Both the position numbers and the translations under genes were made by a program. The notes under the pieces were generated by a model. That model was not told the DNA's origin, made no database searches, and saw only the letters and a program-made list of their open reading frames with translations. A stretch of 64,000 nt of DNA from Podarcis vaucheri (taxonomy: Eukaryota): the NCBI GenBank assembly GCA_965113315.1, contig OZ220365.1; one strand, 5' to 3'. This document shows positions 13,051 through 25,277 of the stretch, in pieces. Each line of letters begins with the position of its first letter. The stretch's first letter is position 1.

Positions 13051-15066
13051 ACCAGATTTGGTTTATAGAAGTGATGAGGAGTTAAAAGAAAGTAGAGATG
13101 ATTAAATGGCTTTAAGTGAGCTTTCATTCCAGTGCATGGCAAAGATGTGGAGTTACTCTCAACACCATGTTGGGAAGAGGTACTGGGTCCAATTGTTTAT
13201 TGCTTGCTCGTCATAATGGCTACTTCATCAATGGCCTTTGCTGTATTCTGTAATGAGTTGTGATGCAGGGCTGATCTTTCTCCCCTAATGACTCTAGTTC
13301 TTTTGGGTTATGAAAAGAGTTGAGAAGGGGATTACTGGAGGCTGATGTGGTGCCCTGCAGCAACCCAACCTCCTGCTTGCCAGACAGAATCTATTTTAGG
13401 CTGAGGGGGCAAAATGTTCATCTCCTGTCAACTTCTTCCAGTCCTGCCTGCTAGCTAAAGGAAGGAACTGTAACATGAGTAAACTGCTTTCCCTAGCAAC
13501 AGAGAATAGATTTTAACATCAGAGTCATTTTAAAGAGCATCTACTAGTGTCACTATATACCATGCATTTAGCATCACATGTGTTCTAAGGAGAAACATCC
13601 ATAACCAAAGGTAGGAAGGACAAAGATGAAGGGCCACATTTTAAAAATAGCGAGGATCTATGGGTGAATCAATCATTTAAAAGGCTCTCCTGAAACATTC
13701 TTGCAAACATTCTCCTCAACTACTAAACTTTTCACATATTTGCTGTCTAGCCTTAAAAAGTAATTGGAGAGCTATGCTGTTCCAAACATAATATTAGTCG
13801 CAAAGTACAAATGAGATTATATTTTTATAGAGAAACTGTGGTCTGAATTTTATGTCCGCTTAAACTAACATAAATAATATGCAGATGTGCCTCCAACAAC
13901 AACAAAACATGAATGATGTTTAAATCATTTGTTTTCCAAATAAAAATATACAATGCAGGTGAAACATTATGCATGGTCATCTATAATAGAACAAATGAAA
14001 TATATCCATAAATACTTATTTTTAGCCTTTCATGTTCCTTGTAACATTGCTGACATTTATTTGTGGTGTATTTATTTGCAAATTTAAAGTTCCATTATCT
14101 GTAATAACATTTATGGATGTACAAAGAAGTATGAAACAGACATAAACCTGGAATTAGTGATGAAGATTATGTTGTACCATTAAAAATAAGCAGGTTTTTC
14201 ATCTGTTTCTTCTTGAGGCTATCAGTAGCTGCTAGTCTTGATTGTCAAAAGCAGTAAGACTCTGACTGCCACTTGCTGGGAATCACAAGTGGGTCAAATG
14301 CTGTTGGGCTCCTGTCCTGCTTGTCCCATAGGAATCTGTGAGAACCACATGGAGGACTAGATGGACCTTCAGAAACATCCAGCATGGATCTTATGTGTTT
14401 TTTAACTGACACTTTACAAAACATTTTTGAATGTGGGTGCTACTTAGATTTGAAAAAATCTATTCAGCAAGGTTTTACAAGCGGACAGACTAATTTTACA
14501 CGCCAATGGATTAAAGATGGAAGGCAAGGGGACTGGTGGATCCCAGCCAGAATGATCAAGTGATCCTCAGCATAGGTATGACTAAATCAGGGAGAAGGGA
14601 TGAGTAAAATGTGCATGTGTGTTCCCGTGTAAAGCAAACGTTTTGCTAGTCAGTATTGATAGTACTGAGCTGTATGGCCCAATGGTCTAACTCAGAATAA
14701 TGCAGCTTCCTATATGCTGGGGAGCATTCAAGTTCTATGTGCATTTTGAAGCTCTACTTTATAATAAAGGCTTCCAATCTTTAGAATAGGTTTATCAGCC
14801 TTTACAAGGTCCTTCAAGAGAAAGGATAAGATACAAATTTAATAAATGATAATAAGTCATTCTCAAAGGCAACTTATTTCAAAAAGTAGCTACAGAAACA
14901 ACTAACTTTCAACAAGTATTTTGAATTTAAAGAAAGCAATTTTTCATCTACAGAATGTAAATTGTCAATTATCAAATATATTTTTCTGGGCATGTGAATA
15001 AGACAAGTGCAAGATGGATTCATAAACCATTCAGAGAATCAAATTAGAAAGCACATTTTAACTTAC

Positions 15067-15272
15067 TTTGTTTTCAGCAATCTGCTTGGTGAGCTTCTCT
15101 TTAGGAGACTGCAGAAGGGCATGCAGGTGGATCTCATATTGTCCAATTAGTTTCTCCATTTCTTGCTTCTGGTCATCCCACTTCATGCTGTCAGAAAGCA
15201 TACGTTTTAACTGCTGCTGACGTACTTCTACCCCATGTTGTGTACTATCCCATTGGTTCTTAACTTTCTCCA
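15067..15272 (-). CDS. UTRN: Utrophin exon, DMD ex53-equivalent (206 nt, phase 1/0)
   Basis: tttttcag|TG GAG...AAA|gtaagt; EKVKNQWDSTQHGVEVRQQQLKRMLSDSMKWDDQKQEMEKLIGQYEIHLHALLQSPKEKLTKQIAENK. Confidence 0.95.
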
Positions 15273-15488
15273 CTGAAAAAGACAAAGGAGGAACATGTAA
15301 CCAAACAAAAAGCATTTTGTGGCTATTACATTATCCTCAATCTTTCTGTTACTCAGAGTAACCATCCAAAAATCACTGAAGCCAACCCTGAGCCCTTGGG
15401 AAGCTGTTACGCACAGCTCTCACAAACTAGCCCATTCATCTTCACAGAAGGACAGGTTCATTTCTACACATGGATTCCCTTTGCTAGA

Positions 15489-15519
<31 letters not shown>

Positions 15520-15833
15520 CTCGCACACACATTTATGCTACAAGCATAAATGCATATTCATAATTACCACTAAATGTCCCTCCTCCTCCAGGCCAATATT
15601 AGTTCAAATGTTTAAAGAGGCAATGAAGCTCCCACCACTCCCACATATAGCTTGCTTTTCTCTATGCTGGACTCTGATATGTGGTAAAATTTCAGGTCTC
15701 CTCCATATTCCATCCTGCCTCCAACCATGACTTGCCAGATTATGTCAGTCTCCACCCGGGCCATTGCAAGCTCTGGCCCCTGCATCCCTTCAGTAGTTAC
15801 TGTCAATAAAAATTGGTCGCCTTTCCCCTAGCG

Positions 15834-15971
15834 CAGGCATCACCAAACTTGGCCCTCCAGATTTTTTTTCAGACTACAATTCCCATCATCCCTGACCACT
15901 GGTACTGTTAGCTAGGGATGATGGGAGTTGCAGTCCCAAAATATCTGGAGGGCCGAGGTTGAGGAAGCCTG
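15834..15971. mobile_element. Palindromic hAT MITE
   Basis: caggc...gcctg ends; internal arms ggccctccagat / atctggagggcc and tcccatcatccct / agggatgatggga; TSD ccctagcg / ctctagcg. Confidence 0.85.
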
Positions 15972-16034
15972 CTCTAGCGTAACTATTGAGCATTTGTACC
16001 CATCTCCTCACACTTCTGTCTACTAGGAACATAC

Positions 16035-16152
16035 GTTTCTCTGTGATTGCTGTCCTAACATCAGAACTTGATGTTTTGTTTTTCAGATTCTGAGCCAAGG
16101 TAAAAACAAAATCCAGCCGGGGATGTCGATGTTCTAAGTCTTCTTTTGTTAT
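16035..16152 (-). CDS. UTRN: Utrophin exon, DMD ex52-equivalent (118 nt, phase 0/1)
   Basis: ttaacag|ATA...AAA C|gtatgt; [39 protein letters not shown]. Confidence 0.95.
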
Positions 16153-17894
16153 CTGTTAAGAGCCAGGATTAAAATGTGTTACTTTCTGAGATTTAAATAA
16201 AGAATAAACCATGGGGGGGAAATCAAGAATATTCACATTTATATTACAGAAGGTTATCAAGTTGGTAACTTCTTAATAAACATATTCCAAAGCCATTTTA
16301 AAGGCAGAAATGTTCTCACTATTTCTGTACTAACCAATATGATCAACATATTAAAATAAAGGCTCAACTTTTTTTGCAGTATCTATACAGAGATGAGACA
16401 TGAGTGGATGAGAAAATAAAGCTGGTAAAAATCATATTGTTGTGCTGGGCTTAACTTTGCAGACTTTCATGCATTCTGTGACATCTCCTCAGGCTATCAG
16501 GACATCTTACCTATATTTATCTGCTCCAAGGGTGTGGGGCAGGGTGTGGGCATTTGCAATATTTTATTTTGGTTCTTAGGACTTCACACACTATATATTC
16601 AGTACTGTTTTTGCAAGAAAATTCCATTTTTACCTGCATGAGTACCATTTTAACAAGCCTTTTCTTCATATCAAGTAACTGAAATCTCTACAATGAGCCA
16701 TTATAGTCATAATAAGTTTGTGTGTCCAAAGACAGGCAGCTGAAAGGACCTCAGAGATCAATCCCATGAAATTGCATTACATGTATTATTGCAGCAAAGT
16801 GTTTTGACAATTAATTTGACCACTGCTGTGAAGGTTATTTTTAAAATACACACACAAGTACCCTAAAGCTGTTAGTTACTGCTTGCTTTCACTTCACTAT
16901 GTTGCCAATATCACAAGCAAGGAAAATGTCAACATAAATATGTGTAATCACTTCCCTTTTAACTTCAGCCAGTGCAATTTTAAATGTCGGTGTAGATATT
17001 CACATCTCTCTTTAAACAATCACAGGCTGCCTAAGGCTGGATCCCAATGTTTAACAATTATTGAGCAAGGCAATTAACCTACATTAATTGAATTTCATTA
17101 TTTCTAGTTGAATGCACTACACCTATTTGTAGATAATGATCATGTTTTGTGGAAGGTGAACGTGTTCTGGTAATCTGCATTGTATGTCATGTGCTAGACA
17201 CAACAGAACACAACACACATATAAATGAACACCCAGGAATCACTTATCAGTGTTGACTTCAAAATAGTAGGGCATCGGATTACAGAAAGGCATTATACTA
17301 TAGGCCTTAACCATCAAACACAGAACAAATTCAGAAGCAATATGTTAAAGAAGAGGCGCTCCTAAATGGGAGCACCATTAATCAAACAGCAGGACGAGGG
17401 CAAACACAGCATTGTTCTTCCTGTTCATTGAGCAAGACTGTGCACATTTGCCACCTTCGCCTGCTTCAAGCATCCCCAGCAACCTACTTGGGGCAGAAGA
17501 AAAGTGGAGGCAGCAGTGCTTTAGGGTTGCCAGTCCTCAGCAGCTTGCGATGGCGAAGGTTTGGTTGGAACTGGACACAAACCATTCATTGCTGCTCATG
17601 ATTCTCAGTGGGAAGGGGCCCCCAATTTCTTCTGCTCCAATATAAGTTTCAAGCAGGGTTGAGTAGAATAAGGAGCAAAGGCAAGCACTTTATGCATGTT
17701 CCATCAAACATATGCAAAGCGTTCAAGTCTTTGTGAATATTCATTCGTAATACTCACAAAGGCTCAAAGCCTTTCAAGACAAGCAGAGAAATCATCCACA
17801 TCTAAACCAAATTTTATTTTTTTCCAGCAAAAAATAAAGCAGGGACTCAAAATATCTTCAGGATTTCAACACAACACCTCATGGCACCACATAC

Positions 17895-18109
17895 TTTCAT
17901 GCGTGCAATTGTCCGATTGATTTCTTCAGCATTTCCCACAGTAACTATGTTGGATTTGAGCATCTGGTCAATCAGGGCCAACCAGTCAGCCAGTTCTGTT
18001 GTAGTTTTATCCAGATCAGCAGGTGCAGAAATTTCCAAAGCCTGCTGAGTTTGAGCAACATTTTCAGAGGCAGAGGACACTAGCACCATCTTTTGGAGAA
18101 CAGGGTAAC
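17895..18109 (-). CDS. UTRN: Utrophin exon, DMD ex51-equivalent (215 nt, phase 1/0; hinge 3 region)
   Basis: tgtttag|GT TAC...AAA|gtatgt; [71 protein letters not shown]. Confidence 0.94.
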
Positions 18110-18896
18110 CTAAACAAGACAACACAATTCACTGGGTATTTCAAATTGCACTTAGTATAGTACTTGAATTTATTTGCAGTTGGAAAAACAAGCAACAAAA
18201 TACCAATTCTTGCCATTTTAAGAATATCCTCTGTATTTTTTCTCCATCCCCATCTAAACAAGTTAAAAACCTTAAAGGCTTAGCCTTCAGTTCCAAACAT
18301 CATCTGTTTTACTGCCTTCCTGGTCCAGAATGATGTGAAAATGTTGATGACATACTCATCACTGACAGATCTGGTGAGGTGTGAGAAATTCACTGCCAAT
18401 CCCAATACCCAGGCAGTTTAGGAACATTCAAATAATGTGTGGTCAAAATCTAAACATTGTTAAGCTGTCACCCACAGGAAAAATCACAACCTGCAGCTGA
18501 TCCTAGTTTACCATCTGATTAAGTTCCAGGAAGAAACAAATTCAAACATTTATTGCCAGTGAAAAAAAATTCTACTGAGTCAGAAGCAAGAATTCATTGT
18601 TGATCCTCTGAATCATACTGATGGAAGAATACGTCAGTACAGAACTTCAAATGGTGAAAGGGATTAATTTCTGTTAATTTTGAAGTCTGCAAATGTACTT
18701 TCTTTTGTTCATAAAATGTATTAGAAGCCAATTTCCTTTCAATACATTTGGACGCATGGTCTTAGTGACTCAGTGCCATGCCCTTCAACAGAAACAGAAT
18801 CTAAAACTTTCATGGCCTTAAAGATCAAAAAATGAGATGACAAAGAATACTGAAAACTGTCCTGTAAAAGAAACACGTTCTCTTTCCGGAGCTCAC

Positions 18897-18981
18897 CAGG
18901 TGGCAATGTCTGTGGCACCAGATGAAACTGATGAACATGGGCCTCTAGTTCTCTCACTCTGTTGGGTGCTTCTCTGAACAC
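18897..18981 (-). CDS. UTRN: Utrophin short exon resembling the 5' part of DMD ex48 (85 nt, phase 0/1)
   Basis: ccatattag|GTG...CCT G|gtgagc; VFREAPNRVRELEAHVHQFHLVPQTLPP. It supplies the phase-1 junction the next exon needs. Confidence 0.87.
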
Positions 18982-19239
18982 CTAATATGGCAGAGAAAAA
19001 CTTCACATTACAAAAACCTTTTCATGTCAAGAACTGAGGATTAACATTTTTAGCATTATACAGCTAAAGCGATACCACTATAGACAGCTGAGCACAAAAT
19101 CCATTAACCCCCAAGACCAAAGAGTTTAGAGATGAAGGGGTTTGCATTTAGCCCCTAAAAAGGGTCTGGGGTGCATTTTAATGTAAGTTGCACATTTGGG
19201 ATTCTTTACTAAGAATGGGTGGCAAAGGTGCAAAATGAA

Positions 19240-19373
19240 NNNNNNNNNNNNNNNNNNNNNNNNNNNNNNNNNNNNNNNNNNNNNNNNNNNNNNNNNNNNN
19301 NNNNNNNNNNNNNNNNNNNNNNNNNNNNNNNNNNNNNNNNNNNNNNNNNNNNNNNNNNNNNNNNNNNNNNNNN
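19240..19373. other. Assembly gap (134 N)
   Basis: Run of N. Confidence 1.
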
Positions 19374-19559
19374 TCACAACAAACATTGTGTTGTTCAGTG
19401 CAACCAAAAACTAGGGGAGGAGGAAAGAGTTGCAATAGTCATTCAAAGACTGAAATATAGTACTAAAAGCAGCTACTGTTTGGGGAAATACGATACGAAC
19501 AATATACGTTAATACAAGTGAGTTATACCATGAGGAGGAATGATTGTGAATTCAAGCGG

Positions 19560-20170
19560 AAGTGTCCTCAGTTCTCAGGACTGGTAGGCGGGGACAGTCT
19601 GTGCTGGACCAGATTGTACTTCCCTGGAATGAGCTTTGGGTCTAACACTGTGAGTGGAGGCTCAGGTGCCAGCTAAGGTCCCTTTTGGACTCAGCTGACT
19701 TGGCCACTCTACCCCATGCCTTGGTAACTTCCAGGCTGTATTATTGCAATGTGCTCTGTGTGGGGGCTTGACGATGTCTTAGAAACTCCAACTGGTCCTA
19801 ATACAGCAGCAAAATATTGGATAGTGTTACATTCATTCATACAACCCTGTTTTATTTAAAGCAGATGCATTCGTTGTCAGTTTATGTCTGGACCCAATTC
19901 AAGGTCATGCTAGTGTTTGAACTGATGGCTTAGGCCACAAATATATGAAATACCACATCCATCCCTGGAGGCTCCCTTGGGTGTTATGTTGGGTAGAGCG
20001 GGTAGGTACACCACCCCCAGAAGCTCAGGGATGCATGTGTTCAAGGAGAGGATATTCTCTGTAGCAGTTGTGGAACTCTCTCCCCACAGAGCTGCATCTG
20101 GTATCTTCACTATATAGTTTCCACTGAATGCTGAAGATGCACCCCTTTAACCTGGCCTTTGGCACTTGAA
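19560..20170 (+). mobile_element. Degraded L2-clade LINE fragment
   Basis: ttggtaacttccaggctgtattattgcaatgtgctc resembles LVTSRLDYCN.L; aaactccaactggtcctaatacagcagc resembles KLQLVQNAAA; boundaries approximate. Confidence 0.7.
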
Positions 20171-20643
20171 ATGTATACTTTTAGGAAACACACCCACCCC
20201 AGCCACAATTGTGATCATTTTAAGCTGTCACTTAGTACATTCCTGCTGGGAGCCCACCTCTTCAGAATGCAGACAAGAGATTTCATGTTTGATTGTTGAT
20301 CCAATTAAAAGAATCGAAGAAGCAAAATAACAGAATCTGATATAAGATGAGGACTAGGCTGGAACTTTTTTCTATGCCATGCTAGTTCCCCTACTTTTCT
20401 ACAAGCTCAGTGAGTGGTCTAGGAGTGCTCAGCGGGTGTTTCCTTCTGGGAAGAAAACATGGAGCCCTCTGTAAGTTGCTTTGAGCTTACTATACAAGTA
20501 TAATAAATTAAATTCATAAAATTCATAAAGCATGAAGGATGTTTACTTCCCACTTGTGAAAAGTATTCCAGGGTCACATTTAGGAATTCTGCTTCTGATA
20601 CAATGCATGTTGCCCCAAACTAAAGAAAGCTATTGATCTGGAC

Positions 20644-20779
20644 CAGGCTAGTTAATTGTGGTTACATGCCAGATGTTGTTGCTCTGCAGCTGCCATAAAC
20701 CCCAGCCAACATAGCCGCTTGTCAGGGATCACTGGAACTATAGTCCAACATGTGGAGTGCACCACACTGGTTACTCCTG
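20644..20779. mobile_element. Degraded hAT MITE related to 15834-15971
   Basis: cagg...cctg ends; ccagatgttg...gtcagggatcactggaactatagtcc core. Confidence 0.55.
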
Positions 20780-21345
20780 ATGTGGACTATTAAGAAGAAA
20801 AGCATTGCCATGCAGAGATTTAACACTATGGCTATGTTCACATGTCACTGGAAACCACAGTTAATGGTTTATTTTGAATGCACAGGTGGACCCTTCTTCA
20901 CTTGTCCCCAAGCATGAGTGGGAGCAGCAAATTACAATCCCTAGTTTAGTGTTAAATCTGATGCGAGGATGGTAGTTTGTTTAACTCCAAACAAACCAAT
21001 GAATTTAAGCCAAGGTTTGTTCTTGGCTTACCAGCTGTAATTTTCTCTGAGCAAAATAAACCACAATCTCCAGTTCAGATAGAACGCTAAGTAGGAATCA
21101 TGGCTGGTTGCTCACACTCACGCCAAAGGAGGAGTGAAGCAGGAGAAACCCATGCATTCAAGGTGAGGAACTGTGGTTTACCATAGCATGTGAATGCTGC
21201 CTGTGACACAAAACACTTCTTTACACTGACTTGTCCAATCATGCCTCCCCCGACAAGAGTATTCCTATGTATGTGGCAGGAACTCAATCAAAAAGAATAC
21301 ATTTTATACTTGCTGATTTTAAGGAATCCATATTGCAATCCATAC

Positions 21346-21495
21346 CTTCTTCCACTTAATATTCAGGGTCCTCAGTCTATCAGAAATATTCTCTCTCTCT
21401 CGAGCCCCAATGCTTTTATTTGAAATCAGCTCAGGTTCATTCTTGTTTAGCCACTTAAGTTTTTCTCCTTGCATGTCCATCTCCTCGATCAAGCC
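21346..21495 (-). CDS. UTRN: Utrophin exon, DMD ex47-equivalent (150 nt)
   Basis: actttag|GGC...AAG|gtatgg; GLIEEMDMQGEKLKWLNKNEPELISNKSIGARERENISDRLRTLNIKWKK; not in the ORF track. Confidence 0.93.
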
Positions 21496-21534
21496 CTAAA
21501 GTGATTAAAGAAAGCACTTTTGGTGGAATCTACA

Positions 21535-21859
21535 GACATGGGTGGCAGGTGGCGCTGTGGGTTAAACCACTGAGCCTAGGACTTGCTGATGAGAAGGTTG
21601 CGGTTTGAATCCCCGTGACGGGGTGAGCTCCCATTGCTCGGTCCCTGCTCCTGCCAACCTAGCAGTTCGAAAGCATGTCAAAGTGCAAATAGATAAATAG
21701 GTACCGCTCTGATGGGAAGGTAAACGGCGTTTCTGTGAGCTGCTCTGATTCGCCAGAAGTGGCTTAGTCATGCTGGCCACATGACCTGGAAGCTGTACAC
21801 AAGCTCCCTCGGCCAATAAAGCGAGATGAGCACCACAACACCACAGTCGGCCATGACTG
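21535..21859 (+). mobile_element. Sauria SINE (3'-truncated)
   Basis: A-box region ggtggcgctgtggg, B box ggtttgaatccc, body shared with the other copies. Confidence 0.9.
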
Positions 21860-22590
21860 ATTCCACAGGTTCTAAATACAAGTTATTTACTGACTTTGGG
21901 AATATTAATGAAAAGTTTTAGTATTGACGTTTAAATTAAAACTAACACGGTCACTTTCCTTTCATAGGCAGCAGTGGAAATTTGTTGCACACCCAGTCTG
22001 CTGGACTGAGATTATTGGTCCAGTGCTTAGCCCCAAATCAATGTGCTAGATTGCAGTTCTTTGTACTTTTAGCAATAATTTCATGCAAGGATTCTGTTCA
22101 TAAAAGGGACTTTGATTCACCAGAGGCTCCTCTTGCACAAGGAGGAGGAAATGTTTTTCACTTATTCCTCCTTCCCACACTGTTCCAGAGAATTCACCAA
22201 TTCTGCAGAGCAGGTTTTCAGGAAACTGCAAGAGACAGGAGGATTTTGCAAAAAACCACCTCTTCCTTTCCACCAGTTGGGATGTCCCAGAGTGCAGTTC
22301 TGCTCAGTGTGTCCTGCCACAGGCAACGAACAGACCCAGCGCTGCACTTGGGTTGTGTGTGATGTATTCCGTACACTTCGACTGGGTCCATTTAGGCAGC
22401 AGTAGCATTGGCTCTCTTAGTATCAAATTACTCATCTCAACCTAATGCACAACAATTATTTGTGAACTAAAGAACCCGCTTACCTTTCAAATTAATTAGT
22501 TATTCAGTAGCACCAGTAATTATTCAGTAGCACCAGTAGGAATAAGGAATAAATTCAAATAAAATATGCAATCATTTTTATCTAACTTGC

Positions 22591-22726
22591 CATTAATTCC
22601 TTCAAATTTTCTTCACGGCTGATTGTAGGCTTCTCTTCCTGTGCATTTTCTATGTTTTCCAGCCAGCAACTAAATTCATCTAGGTTTCTTGTGAAGTCTA
22701 GTAATGGTTGATTTTCTCCTTTCAGT
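22591..22726 (-). CDS. UTRN: Utrophin exon, DMD ex46-equivalent (136 nt, phase 2/0) with GC donor
   Basis: ccttag|A CTG AAA...TTA ATG|gcaagt; LKGENQPLLDFTRNLDEFSCWLENIENAQEEKPTISREENLKELM (45 aa, same length as the human UTRN segment as recalled). Confidence 0.88.
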
Positions 22727-23666
22727 CTAAGGCGCAAACCCCAAAGTGGAATATAAAACAAGAACATCAATATAAATACAGAAAGGTAAAAGCAATAAGA
22801 AAACACACTCCATCTACACCTTACTAATATAGAAAACTACAAAGTTGAATTTAAAAAATCAATTCAAGTGTACAAAGTTCTTCATGTGCCATTTCCACAT
22901 TCTCTCCAGCAATGTGACTTCAAGTAAAGAAACACTTAAAGTGTTCCCTGGGTTGCCTTAGGCCTAAAAAGATGTATTTAATTTTAAACAATTCCCTGCA
23001 ATATTTCATATTCTGTGTAGAAATTGAAAGAATTTGCACACTGTCTTCAATCATGCCAAAAAAGTATTTTTTAAATTATCTATGCACTGCATAAAGCTAG
23101 ACTGGTGGTGGAAATGACTATAACATTGGTACATTATGCCTCTGTGGTAAACTAGCATTTTGTTTATTTTGATTGGGGTGGGGAATAGATATTAACTTAA
23201 ATGTACATTTCAAAATGAAATGGCAACACAACTAATAATTCAACTTCAGACAGACTAATCTAGCTGCATCTTGAATGCACTCCTTTCCTTTTTGCAGGAA
23301 ATCTAGGGGGAGGGTTAGCCTTGCTAACCACCTGTATGCTAAGAAGGACCAAAGGCAATGTGCAAATATCATCAATAGATAAAATGCAATTCCAAAACAT
23401 GAACGTAGCACTCATATACCCGAAGAGTATATTAAAAGAAATGAAAGAGCAATTTCCTAAAACAGAGCAAGGGGAAATGGAACAAGTATGCACATTAAAA
23501 ACAGCATTATCACTAATTGTTTCAAAGGAGCCTTGAGGGACCTTTCAGATTCAGGGCATGGACGTTTCAACCAAATAGGAAATACGCAATGTCATTTGGA
23601 GCTTCTAGAGAAACTTGTTCCCAATGCTTCTCCTAAGATATCCCAAAACCTGACTGAACCAGTTAC

Positions 23667-23842
23667 CTCTGTTGTCTTTCCATAACTTCAGCAGTGATGG
23701 CTTTCCAGCGATTATTTAACCCTGCTAGTTTCTCCTTCAGGAAGCTTCCATCTGTAGTAGAGAGCTTCTGTACAATTCCTTCTCCTGTTCTGTTCAATGT
23801 CGAAAAGCTGGTCTGATGGCTGCTGACTCCCTCTTCAAGTTC
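23667..23842 (-). CDS. UTRN: Utrophin exon, DMD ex45-equivalent (176 nt, phase 0/2)
   Basis: tgacag|GAA...CAGAG|gtaact; [58 protein letters not shown]; not in the ORF track. Confidence 0.94.
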
Positions 23843-25126
23843 CTGTCACAAATATAAAAACCAAGCTGAATTTTGTTGCTTACCCAATATGACATTGACG
23901 TGTAGCCTGAAACAATGACTTGGGCACACATTGCTCGTTTAAAAAATAAAATAAAAAATCACTGTTGTTTAAGTGAATGATTAGGCACTTGTTATTAAGA
24001 GTAAGCTAATATATTCATGAATATCAATCTACCAAAGGCAAACAGTACAAGGACATGCTGTTGAAATCAAATCAGTATGAAGGCTAAGCATTCCTCACAT
24101 AGTATGCATGTATGCCTTTGAGATAAAAGGGGAAATACTGCCTACAGATTTTGGTTTGTGGGGTAGGGATGAAGGGGAAACACTGCATTAGTTTGTCTCA
24201 GAATAGATATGCTGCCTGTTCTCTGTAGCCTTACTAAGATTTCAGCTAGGCTAATTAAGGACAGTGTTCCCATGATCTGCAGATATGGCAGGAAACCCAA
24301 GGAAATTGAGGGAAGTCAGGGAAAGTCAGGCTCAAACTTTCACATATCACTAACAACCAGAAAAAAGCATGAACTGTCAAAAGAGATCTCTCTGTTCTAT
24401 ACAATATACTATGCTATAAAAAAAATACAGCTCAAATATTTTTTTTATAAAAATCAGATACACTCTAAAAATAATAAAACAATACTCAGTGGTCTATCAA
24501 TGCTTTTTGTAGCTAAATTAAATTATATGAAGTTATAGCAAATTAAAATGTGCCAAATGTAAGTGTAACTACTTCTGTCTATGTAAGATCATGAAGGATC
24601 ATGCCTTAAGTTATGTTGTTTTAAAAATTAAGTTGTGGTGTTTTTTTTTAAGGAGAACAGTAAAGTGTTGTTATTTAACATTTATTTATTTACCAGGGTA
24701 TTGGGGATAAGACTTTCAGTAAAATGCATATGTTCAGTAAAATTCAGTATATGCATATGTATAAAGCGCCTTCACTAATAATTTGAGAGTCAAGGGTTTT
24801 CATTAGGTTTCTATCCATTTGTGGTCCAGCATGTCTTCCATCAGCTTTGGCTGGTACAACCCCTATGCCTGCTACTGGAAATAGAGACCTGGCAACTGTC
24901 ACTCATGTGTTGGTGGTTTATGGGCTGGGTTAGATGGGGCTGCCTGAAGATTGTTTGGAAATTTCGGCTAGTACAGAATGCAGACATCCACTTATTAACA
25001 GCTTTTGGCCCATGTTTGTGCATGTCACTTTGAAGCATTCACACTGGCTGACAATTAGTTTCCAGACCCAAATCAAAATGTTAGCAAGTTCTTAACAAAC
25101 CACCTTAACAAACCATGATCAGATAC

Positions 25127-25277
25127 CTGCTGGTGTATCTTTGCCATTTCTAAATCCAGGCCGCCATCTTGAGTTTGGGCCTCAGCCAGCAACCCTTCCG
25201 CTTCTGCTAACCACTGGGAGAGATCGTTGAGATCACAATGGAACTGTCTCCACTCTTCCACAGACTTATCAAAGCAA
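25127..25277 (-). CDS. UTRN: Utrophin exon, DMD ex44-equivalent (151 nt, phase 2/0)
   Basis: cttttag|T TGC TTT...CAG|gtatct; [50 protein letters not shown]. Confidence 0.95.

Noticed and set aside
19126-19512. ORFs containing X runs
   Set aside because: They are artefacts of the 134-N gap.
21960-22430. Cluster of overlapping ORFs between the ex46 and ex47 equivalents
   Set aside because: There is no spectrin-like peptide or consistent splice pair, and the flanking exons already join in frame.
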